Source: Crocosphaera subtropica ATCC 51142 (GTDB lineage: Bacteria; Cyanobacteriota; Cyanobacteriia; Cyanobacteriales; Microcystaceae). From it: DNA of 32,000 nucleotides. This document shows, piece after piece, positions 24,703 through 32,000 of this stretch. A program made the translations under genes and the position numbers. Every line of letters begins with the position of its first letter. Within the stretch, counting starts at the first letter, position 1. Under the pieces are notes generated by a model. The model made no database searches and was not told where the DNA came from. It saw nothing but the letters and a program-made list of their open reading frames with translations. The stretch is taken from assembly GCF_000017845.1 (NCBI RefSeq), contig NC_010547.1:1-32000 (forward strand). Direction: 5' to 3'.

Positions 24703-27372
24703 TTAAAAGGCAATCTGCGAAATAGTGAACCAAATTTCTCCAACCTGTGAGTCTCCACCACCACTAGCATATATTTGCTCTCCTTGAAATCCATTCAAAT
24801 CACCAGTAATCTCACCTGTGAGCCAATTGTAGGTAAGGTGAAGGTCTTTATCACCTGAACGCCAATCAATATCAATATGGTCATCGGGATTAAATGGCCC
24901 CTTATCCTGGTCATAAAGCCGAATAGTTATGGGGACAATAGGATTTTCGGTGAATCTAATTAATTGCCAGTCAGGAGGAATATAATCATTACTGCCGACT
25001 TTAGTAGGACTACGCCATTCTGGCTGATTATCAATGGATAATACAGTGTAAAAATCAGAGTCGCCTCGACGGAGTCCTCGTCCGAGTCTTCTTTCTTTTC
25101 CTGGATCAAAATCTCCTTTTACACGGTTTACAGTAACGGTTACCCAAGTAGTGGGGGCTGGGGGAAGCGGGGGCGGATTCCCTATTTCAAAAATTCTATT
25201 TGCAAGTCCCAGCATATCTGCTCGTAGGTATGTTTGCTGAGTATTAACAACGTTATCAATTTCGTCATCTCCATCAAAGATAGGAAAACCCGTTTCTCTG
25301 AGCCATGTGCGAAATTCAACAGGTGCAATCGGACGATTAAGTTCTTGCTGTCCTAGTTGCTGTGCTAAAACTGCCATTCCAGCAATATGTGGTGCAGCCA
25401 TACTAGTACCACTTTTTCCTTGAAAAGTTGTATTATTAGGACCTATTACATTGATATTAGGGTTATCTACAGCACCTCTGATTGAAGATCCAGGTGCAAA
25501 GATATCAATCAGGGTAGCATGACGCTGAGAATAAGGAGTAATTTGGTCAGGTGCAGTAGTTAGAGCAGTTCCTCCTAAATTAGCGTCATTAATACCATCT
25601 CCGTCAAGATCAATCGGTCTGATACCAAAATTGTTCCCAATATTACTATCGAAAACGGCTCCGACCGCAACCGTATTAAGCTCAGCAGCTGGATACGCTA
25701 CACCAGGAGTAAATTGTTCGCCAGAATCTATTATTCCATTATCATTTTGATCTGCATTATCAAAATAACTATTTCCTGATGCTGCAACTACAATAATATT
25801 ATTAGCAGCTAATTTTTCTATTTCGTCATTGTATGGACCCTCCTCAAAATCACCATAATTATCCCGACCAAGAGATAGGTTTACACTAGCAATATTGTTG
25901 GGATTTCTTCTTACTACTACTTCTTCTACTACCCATTGTAAAGCTTGTTCGACATTTGCAGAGATACCAATAGGATCATTAGGATCTCCAGAGGGAAGAA
26001 ACACTTTAAGAGGAATAATGTTGACATTAGGCGCAACAGCAGCAGCAATACTAGCAACATGAGTGCCATGAGATCCTGTAATCGAACCATTGTTATTAAT
26101 ATTTGTAATATCTTGAAGATTATTATTATCAGCAGCAAAATCTATTTGACCTGGGAGCCCAGTAATAATCTGATCTGAGACACCATCTCCATTAATATCT
26201 GGACCAAAAGCAACATGATCTAAATCAATACCTGAATCAATAATTACTGTACTAAAGCCATTACCATCAATTCCTAAAAAACGGGCATCGTTTTGAAAAT
26301 TATTCATACCAATTAATGGTAGAGATTCATTTGTTTGTACATATACGCGCTCCTCTGAACCCGTAGTAGTAATCCCTTCAATGGTGGGCGTAACCGAAAG
26401 ATTCAACTGATAGGCAGTGCTAGTCCCATCTACAGAAAAGACTCGAAGTCGGTATGCACCTGCGTCTATTGTTCCACTAACCGACTCAGCTAACGTACCA
26501 GAATTTGATGAACTATGAACTATATTGCCATCTAAATCAAGCACTTCAACATTAGCGTCTCCTCGTAATCCATCTAAGGTAAAAGTAAACTCATTGCTCA
26601 TTCCCAGACTAAAAGCATGATAGTCTTCGGTATCCATACCATCTAGATAACCTCGGTAAACTTTCCCGGCTGTAGAGGCAAAGGTTTTACGAGCTTCATC
26701 TGGCGTATTTCCAGCTAAATCGACAGGTTCAACGATTTCTTTGACCAGTTCTTGTACTGATTCATCCATACGCCAATCTCGATCAGCAGCCATTACTTCC
26801 TCTACAGAAATGGCTGTCCCTGTTGCCCCTTCAATTCTAAAGATTAGATCGTTAAAATCATAGTCTGGATAATAAGAATCCTCCATTGCAAAGGTTTGTC
26901 CATCTGCTCCTAGATCAGCTATTTTTCCCGATGGAAAACCATCGCTTGGATCTACGGAAGTCATAGAAAATAAAGGCGATTTAGCTCCAATATAATCAGG
27001 ATAGTTTAATAGGCTATCAAATGTTCCTTGAGGGACAAGCATTACCCCAAATTGGTCGCCAGCAAGCATATCGAAACTTTTTTTTCCTTCATATTGACCC
27101 CTATTCCAATCTTTCTTTTCGTGATCCCCTAAAAGATCGGTAAAACGTGCGCCCTCAGTTCGATCAGAAATCACTATATGACCTAATTCAGAATTACTGA
27201 TAACTCGTCGTGCCGCTTCTTGAATAAATGCAGCAGAATTAATATCAATTTGCTCCATTTCAGATAAGCTAAAAATACCTAATTGTCCTTCGTACTTACT
27301 GCCATCATCGAGGAAATCAACATTGACTATTCCCGTATCTTCTACGGTAAACACACCAGAATCAAACATCAT
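24703..27372 (-). CDS. S8 family (subtilisin-like) serine peptidase with N-terminal DUF4114-like and PPC (pre-peptidase C-terminal) domains and an unassigned C-terminal beta-rich domain
   Basis: Catalytic triad motifs VIIDSGIDLDH, HGTHVASIAA and GTSMAAPHIAGM. YDFNDLIFRIEG is DUF4114-like and DTEDYHAFSL is PPC-like. No obvious signal peptide. Confidence 0.85.
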   Translation of the reverse strand: MMFDSGVFTVEDTGIVNVDFLDDGSKYEGQLGIFSLSEMEQIDINSAAFIQEAARRVISNSELGHIVISDRTEGARFTDLLGDHEKKDWNRGQYEGKKSFDMLAGDQFGVMLVPQGTFDSLLNYPDYIGAKSPLFSMTSVDPSDGFPSGKIADLGADGQTFAMEDSYYPDYDFNDLIFRIEGATGTAISVEEVMAADRDWRMDESVQELVKEIVEPVDLAGNTPDEARKTFASTAGKVYRGYLDGMDTEDYHAFSLGMSNEFTFTLDGLRGDANVEVLDLDGNIVHSSSNSGTLAESVSGTIDAGAYRLRVFSVDGTSTAYQLNLSVTPTIEGITTTGSEERVYVQTNESLPLIGMNNFQNDARFLGIDGNGFSTVIIDSGIDLDHVAFGPDINGDGVSDQIITGLPGQIDFAADNNNLQDITNINNNGSITGSHGTHVASIAAAVAPNVNIIPLKVFLPSGDPNDPIGISANVEQALQWVVEEVVVRRNPNNIASVNLSLGRDNYGDFEEGPYNDEIEKLAANNIIVVAASGNSYFDNADQNDNGIIDSGEQFTPGVAYPAAELNTVAVGAVFDSNIGNNFGIRPIDLDGDGINDANLGGTALTTAPDQITPYSQRHATLIDIFAPGSSIRGAVDNPNINVIGPNNTTFQGKSGTSMAAPHIAGMAVLAQQLGQQELNRPIAPVEFRTWLRETGFPIFDGDDEIDNVVNTQQTYLRADMLGLANRIFEIGNPPPLPPAPTTWVTVTVNRVKGDFDPGKERRLGRGLRRGDSDFYTVLSIDNQPEWRSPTKVGSNDYIPPDWQLIRFTENPIVPITIRLYDQDKGPFNPDDHIDIDWRSGDKDLHLTYNWLTGEITGDLNGFQGEQIYASGGGDSQVGEIWFTISQIAF

Positions 27373-27409
27373 TAATACTCTCCTTTAAGTTACTTTGTCT
27401 TGTGTTTAT

Positions 27410-28192
27410 CTATTTCTTAAGCCTCGATTTAGTCAACGAAGCTACTCCTAAAAGACCAAAAATTAATATTCCTACATTGTGAGAAGATTCAGGAATAGCA
27501 ACGTCTTCTTCTTGGGTTCGGATTTGTAGCTGATATCGACCAGAAGAAGAAAAGTTATCATTAGAATTATCAAAGGAAAAATCTGGAATTGCACCATTAA
27601 TCACTTGGCCAGAAATAGATAAATCCTCAAACGTTAATCCTGGTTGACTTAGTACATTAGGTTCATTAACAAAAGATGAGACAACAGCAAAATAGTCTCC
27701 TGAAGCTAGAGTCAATGCACCAATAAAAGAATCGGTATCGCCAAAAGGGGAGGAACCTGGTTCTGGATCATTAAAATCAAAAGAAGTATTGTCATCATTA
27801 AATGCAATGAGTGTCCCCATCTCATCAAATACCCATAGCATAGAATCTAATCCCCGATCTAAATCTGCACTGCTACGAAAATCATTAGCTCTGTCGATGT
27901 CAAAGAAAACTTCTAACGGAAGACTCCCTCCAATGGTGAATTGGTAGAAATCCACATCGTTAGTATTATTAGAAGCAATATATCCTCTTGTTGTTAGCGC
28001 AAATTGCTCTGGAAGACGACCAAGATTTTGTGCAGTTAAGGCACTATCATTGACTCCTGACGTTAATTTTCCTTCTTTATCAAAGGTCAAAGCAAAACTA
28101 GGTTCAATAACCCAACTAAGACTAACAACTAAGCTTAACAAGGTAGTTGTTCCTATATTTTTTGAATTATTTTTACTTGGAAATGATGTCAT
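27410..28192 (-). CDS. PEP-CTERM sorting-domain protein with PPC domain
   Basis: N-terminal signal peptide (TTLLSLVVSLSWVIEPSFA). NDVDFYQFTI is PPC-like. The C-terminal IPESSHNVGILIFGLLGVASLTKSRLKK is a PEP-CTERM anchor. GGAGG RBS upstream. Confidence 0.8.
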   Translation of the reverse strand: MTSFPSKNNSKNIGTTTLLSLVVSLSWVIEPSFALTFDKEGKLTSGVNDSALTAQNLGRLPEQFALTTRGYIASNNTNDVDFYQFTIGGSLPLEVFFDIDRANDFRSSADLDRGLDSMLWVFDEMGTLIAFNDDNTSFDFNDPEPGSSPFGDTDSFIGALTLASGDYFAVVSSFVNEPNVLSQPGLTFEDLSISGQVINGAIPDFSFDNSNDNFSSSGRYQLQIRTQEEDVAIPESSHNVGILIFGLLGVASLTKSRLKK

Positions 28193-28235
28193 AGGAATTT
28201 TTCCTCCAATTAAGTGGCAATTATTTATTAGTTGT

Positions 28236-28322
28236 TCATTTAGTTGCGATCGCCTTTATCAAAGCAGCTTCTGTTAAATTATCGAGAATATCCGTACCAA
28301 GAAGATTGAAAGCGTTAATCAT
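28236..28322 (-). CDS. Candidate 28-aa small ORF conserved in both copies of the 208-bp repeat (paralogous frame at 24348-24515)
   Basis: MINAFNLLGTDILDNLTEAALIKAIATK vs MIKAFNVLGTDILDNLTETALINAIATT... Between the copies I count 3 synonymous and 4 non-synonymous changes. The RBS is weak. Confidence 0.2.
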   Translation of the reverse strand: MINAFNLLGTDILDNLTEAALIKAIATK

Positions 28323-28450
28323 GGGAAATACCTTGAATGAATAGACAAAACATCCTCTTCCCAAACTTTGAACATGAAACATCAAGCATGGGATAACCAG
28401 TTATTTTCTTGAAAAATGTTACAATCCTAATAAGAACCGAACTTTATCAG
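28243..28450. repeat. Copy 2 of the ~208-bp direct repeat, upstream of the PEP-CTERM gene
   Basis: See copy 1 (24436-24643). Confidence 0.9.
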
Positions 28451-28648
28451 CGATTACTCTGGAATTCTCACTCAGATTTTCAAACACTTCAAGCCAGAAA
28501 AGTCAGAGAAAAAGGTCATAAAAGTCATATATGAAGTAACATATAGCAAAAGATAGGAAACTCGTTGAGGCTTTTACCGCTTCTGTTTCTTTCTTTTTGA
28601 TCTATCCTCTGGTTCCCTGCTCAAAGCAATAAAATGATGTGAGATACC

Positions 28649-31441
28649 GTGAAAAGTAAGATAAACCTAAAAGGAAAATCATTTAAAGGTCAAAATCTTT
28701 CAGGGACAAACTTTAGTCAAGCAGATATACGAGGCACTAATTTTACAGGAGCCAATCTGACAAACTGTAACTTTGATGAGGCGATCGCTGGTCTTTCAAC
28801 TATCTGGGTCATAATTTGGTTAAGCTTATCGAGCGTTTTCGGAATGCTGGCGGGATTTATGGCTACTCGATTTGGCTTTTATTTAACCAGTAACGATAAG
28901 ATTTACACCGTTGTTGGTTTAATTAGTTCGGTCGTATTATTTATGGTTTTGCTGATAGCAAAGCTTAAAAATTTAAAGGAGTCTTTGGTCATAAATGGAG
29001 CGATTTGGCCAATTAGCGGAACAGTTATAGGACTACTCTCTGTTGTGTTGCAACGGAAGGATATTGGGCAAATTGACTTGTTGAGTGCCAACAGCAGTTT
29101 ACTAGCCGTTGTTGTTGTCGTTTGTGTCATTATTATGCTGGGAATAACTCAGGCGATCACTGAGCAGTGGGCGATCGCTGTTAATACGATTAGTAGTCTA
29201 GTCGCCGCCATAATCGTTGCTTTTATCGGGCAAGGCGAAGTCGGATTAACCATTAGAAGTGCTGGTGTAAGAGGTTTAGCAATTACAATCGCTTTTTCTG
29301 TGATTATTGCTCTAGCTTGCGCTGATTTAGCCAAACAAATCTTAAGAGAAGAAGATAGTAATTCCCTAATTCGCTTGATTGCTATTACTTTAGCGACTAC
29401 TGGAGGAACAAATTTTCGTAAGGCTAATTTAACCAGGGCCAGTTTTCGAGGAGCAATTCTGAAAAATACGCAGTTTACTAAGGCAAAATTCACCCATACT
29501 TGTTGGTACGGAGCAAAATATCTCAACTATGCTATTTTTGGTCATTCTATTCTTGAGAATTCGGTTGTTAGACAATTACTAATTACGGGAGAAGTTAATC
29601 CCCTATGTTCTTATCAAGGGCTTAATCTCAAAGGTGCATACTTAACGGGAGCAGATTTTAAACAAGCGGACTTGACAGAAGCCGATCTCTGCAATGGAAT
29701 GTTACAAGGAGCTAATTTAGAAGGGGTAAATCTGACGAAAGTACAAGCCTTGGGAACAGATTTTAGAGAAACAAAATTAACAGGAGCTTGTGGGTTAGAA
29801 ACTTGGAATATTGATAGTAATACCCGTTTAGAAAAGATTGATTGCCAGTTTATTTATTTACTTTCAGGAAACAGAGAACGTCGTCCAAACAGTGGCTATT
29901 TTCAACCAGGAGAGTTCCCTAAGCTTTTTCAAGAAGTAGTCGATACAGTAGATTTGATATTTCGCAAAGGCGTTGATTGGAAAGCATTTCTGACAGCTTT
30001 TAATCAATTACAAATTGAGCAAGAAGGAAAAACATTAGAAATCCGTAGTATTGAAAATAAAGGAGACGGATTTATTGTTGTTAAAGTTAATGTGTCTCCT
30101 GATGCTAATAAAGAACAGATTCATGATAGTTTCGTACAAAACTATGAACTAGCACTTAAGACAATTGAAGAAAAATACCAAGCCGAATTAAGGGGAAGAC
30201 AAGGACAAATAGAACTCTATCGTCAACAATTAGAATACGAACGACAACATTACCGCAAACAAAATGCTAATTTACAAAAAATTATTGATTTACTCGCGAA
30301 TCAACCCGTTAATGTATCTATTAATCTTCCCCAAGATGAGGTTGCCATAGCATCAAAAGAATCGATTGGTCAACTGTTTATTTTGACAATTAATCAGGGA
30401 AGTTTAGAGCAAGGATTTTCTCCTGTGATTGGACAGATTTGGAGTCAAGGACGTTTATTACCGACTCAACATATCGGACAATTACCCCCAGCACCCGCTT
30501 TAAAAGAACTCTATCAAGATTGGCTTTCAGTATATCAAAGTTTGAATGATAATTTTCGGACAATTCAACCCCTTCCTAGTAATACAAATGGATCTTGGCT
30601 ATCTTTCACTGAAGCTTTTGAGGAATTGTTAAATAAATGGTTAAACTCTGATGAGTTTCGCCCCATCGATAAGCAGCTACGGGAAGTATTTAGTCGCTCT
30701 GAAGAAATCCGAATTATTATTCAATCTCATGATTACTATATCAAAAGTTTTCCCTGGCATCTCTGGGATTTTTTGAAGTCCTATCGTCAAGCTGAAGTGG
30801 CTTTTAATGAACCCTATTTTGAGCAGACAAATACTAAAGTTTCTCCAAGACATCTTGTCAGAATTTTAGCAATTTTTGGGAATAGTGAAGGTCTGAATTT
30901 GGTCGAAGATAGACAAGTTTTAGAAAATTTATCTGAGCAAGCTATCATCGAATACTTAGTTGAACCGAGTTTCTTTGAGTTAAGTGAGACACTGCGTCAT
31001 TGTGAGGGATGGGATATTATTTGCTTTGCCGGACATAGTTATAGTTATGAACAAGGAAATCGGGGAATTATTCAAATTAACTCCAGAGAAAAATTAACCC
31101 TTGAACAACTAAAACACTCCTTAGAATTTGCGATTGAAAAGGGATTGAAATTAGCAATTTTTAATTCTTGTGATGGGTTAGGATTAGCACGACAAATGGC
31201 AAAAATGTCTATTCCTCAAGTCATTGTGATGCGCCAACCTGTACCAGATCGCGTGGCTCAAGTTTTTATTAAGAATTTTCTCAGTGCGTTTTTTCAAAAG
31301 AAATCTTTATACTGTTCTCTGAGAGAAGCGAGGGAAAGTTTACAGGGATTAGAAAGTGAATATCCTTGTGCAAGTTGGCTACCGATTATTTACCAAAATG
31401 TCTCCGAAATTCCCTTTAGTTTACAGAGTTTCAAGCAATAA
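28649..31441 (+). CDS. Polytopic-membrane pentapeptide-repeat protein with C-terminal CHAT (caspase-like) protease domain
   Basis: Pentapeptide repeats at aa 1-45 and ~255-390 flank about six hydrophobic helices (aa ~50-235). The CHAT-type His/Cys dyad is in ICFAGHSYS and LAIFNSCDGLG. GTG start; an in-frame TGA lies two codons upstream. Confidence 0.8.
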   Translation: MKSKINLKGKSFKGQNLSGTNFSQADIRGTNFTGANLTNCNFDEAIAGLSTIWVIIWLSLSSVFGMLAGFMATRFGFYLTSNDKIYTVVGLISSVVLFMVLLIAKLKNLKESLVINGAIWPISGTVIGLLSVVLQRKDIGQIDLLSANSSLLAVVVVVCVIIMLGITQAITEQWAIAVNTISSLVAAIIVAFIGQGEVGLTIRSAGVRGLAITIAFSVIIALACADLAKQILREEDSNSLIRLIAITLATTGGTNFRKANLTRASFRGAILKNTQFTKAKFTHTCWYGAKYLNYAIFGHSILENSVVRQLLITGEVNPLCSYQGLNLKGAYLTGADFKQADLTEADLCNGMLQGANLEGVNLTKVQALGTDFRETKLTGACGLETWNIDSNTRLEKIDCQFIYLLSGNRERRPNSGYFQPGEFPKLFQEVVDTVDLIFRKGVDWKAFLTAFNQLQIEQEGKTLEIRSIENKGDGFIVVKVNVSPDANKEQIHDSFVQNYELALKTIEEKYQAELRGRQGQIELYRQQLEYERQHYRKQNANLQKIIDLLANQPVNVSINLPQDEVAIASKESIGQLFILTINQGSLEQGFSPVIGQIWSQGRLLPTQHIGQLPPAPALKELYQDWLSVYQSLNDNFRTIQPLPSNTNGSWLSFTEAFEELLNKWLNSDEFRPIDKQLREVFSRSEEIRIIIQSHDYYIKSFPWHLWDFLKSYRQAEVAFNEPYFEQTNTKVSPRHLVRILAIFGNSEGLNLVEDRQVLENLSEQAIIEYLVEPSFFELSETLRHCEGWDIICFAGHSYSYEQGNRGIIQINSREKLTLEQLKHSLEFAIEKGLKLAIFNSCDGLGLARQMAKMSIPQVIVMRQPVPDRVAQVFIKNFLSAFFQKKSLYCSLREARESLQGLESEYPCASWLPIIYQNVSEIPFSLQSFKQ

Positions 31442-31443
31442 GG

Positions 31444-32000
31444 CTAAACGATAAAAGATTCTAAAAAATTAGAATGTTCTAATTTAAGATAAATCTTAAA
31501 ATTATCACCAGGAGATGCGGTGAATTTTAATTGTAACCAATGATCTTCATCAGCTTTAGCCGCTAGATTTGGAATTTTATGATTGGATTGATCTAGTATC
31601 ATTAATTCGAGTTTTTTGGGTAAATAGATAGACTTATTGATTTTAGAAATGCGTAAATGAAGTTCTAATTTATTTTGAGCGATGCGTTGTTGTCTTATCT
31701 CTAAAGTCAAGGTTATATCAGGGGTTAAACTAATCTGTTTAATGCCACTGACCTCTGAATCATCTTCTTTTTCAGTAGTAAATTTTGTAGGTTTCCAATC
31801 ATGGAAAAATTGACCAGAAAACCATTTATCTAATTGAGTATTTGTTTGAGGAATTAACTGAACCGTTGAGGAAGTATTTACAATATTTTCTTCAAGAGAA
31901 TTGATGGAAAAGTATTCTTTAAAATTAATACTGTTAACTTCAATTTTAGTAATAAATTGATCACCTAATTCACTACTTAGTTGTAATTGAATTAAATTAT
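31444..32000 (-). CDS. DUF1822-like protein, partial (N-terminus beyond the window edge)
   Basis: The frame stays open from 31444 to position 32000 (I checked codon by codon and found no stop). The TTG at 31710 is not a real start. LDKWFSGQFFHDWKP and the C-terminal PGDNFKIYLKLEHSNFLESFIV resemble DUF1822. Confidence 0.55.
   Translation of the reverse strand, partial: NLIQLQLSSELGDQFITKIEVNSINFKEYFSINSLEENIVNTSSTVQLIPQTNTQLDKWFSGQFFHDWKPTKFTTEKEDDSEVSGIKQISLTPDITLTLEIRQQRIAQNKLELHLRISKINKSIYLPKKLELMILDQSNHKIPNLAAKADEDHWLQLKFTASPGDNFKIYLKLEHSNFLESFIV

Noticed and set aside
24436-28450. CRISPR array or other short-period repeat array.
   Set aside because: The only sizeable direct repeats in the window are the two 208-bp copies 3.8 kb apart, with full-length genes between them. 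No 25-40-bp repeat/spacer periodicity was seen anywhere, and no cas genes.
1-32000. tRNA, rRNA, tmRNA, group II intron or retron elements.
   Set aside because: No cloverleaf-compatible segments, rRNA-like conserved blocks or reverse-transcriptase ORFs were recognised by eye. A tRNAscan or Infernal run would be needed to exclude small RNAs formally.

Overview
AT-rich window with many copies of the cyanobacterial HIP1 octamer GCGATCGC (e.g. 957-964, 1359-1366, 1839-1846). It is most likely part of a cyanobacterial plasmid or integrated mobile element; the organism cannot be named from sequence alone. Positions 1-18.6 kb look like a plasmid-type backbone. It carries an ArdC-like antirestriction/zincin protein, a KTSC-domain protein, a translationally coupled small-protein/HNH-nuclease pair and a DUF4126/DUF4112 membrane pair. 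It also carries two J-domain proteins, a DUF3854(Toprim)+P-loop primase/helicase split into two overlapping ORFs, an XRE regulator, a DUF4314 protein and a 591-aa tyrosine-recombinase/protelomerase-like protein. An intact ISAs1-family IS with a perfect 13-bp target duplication sits between a consensus promoter and the operon it should drive. Positions 18.6-32 kb are accessory. A 5'-truncated helicase-DUF1998(MZB)-DUF559 defence-type gene and a 3'-truncated RTX protein both abut a second IS (IS4/IS701-like) with no target duplication. Next comes a secreted-protease locus (PEP-CTERM/PPC protein plus a DUF4114-PPC-S8 subtilase) carrying a duplicated ~208-bp upstream module. The window ends with a polytopic-membrane pentapeptide-repeat CHAT (caspase-like) protease convergent with a DUF1822-like gene that runs off the edge. 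No rRNA, tRNA or CRISPR array was recognised. The best second-look candidates are the membrane CHAT/DUF1822 pair, the protelomerase-like recombinase, and an ~860-bp ORF-free region beside the primase bracketed by a promoter and a terminator (possible ~0.5-kb structured RNA or origin). Others are STRR-like heptamer inverted repeats inside the primase C-terminal ORF, recurrent CTTATC/GATAAG motif clusters with twin promoters, and the duplicated 208-bp module. All domain calls come from motif recognition by eye, not from database searches.
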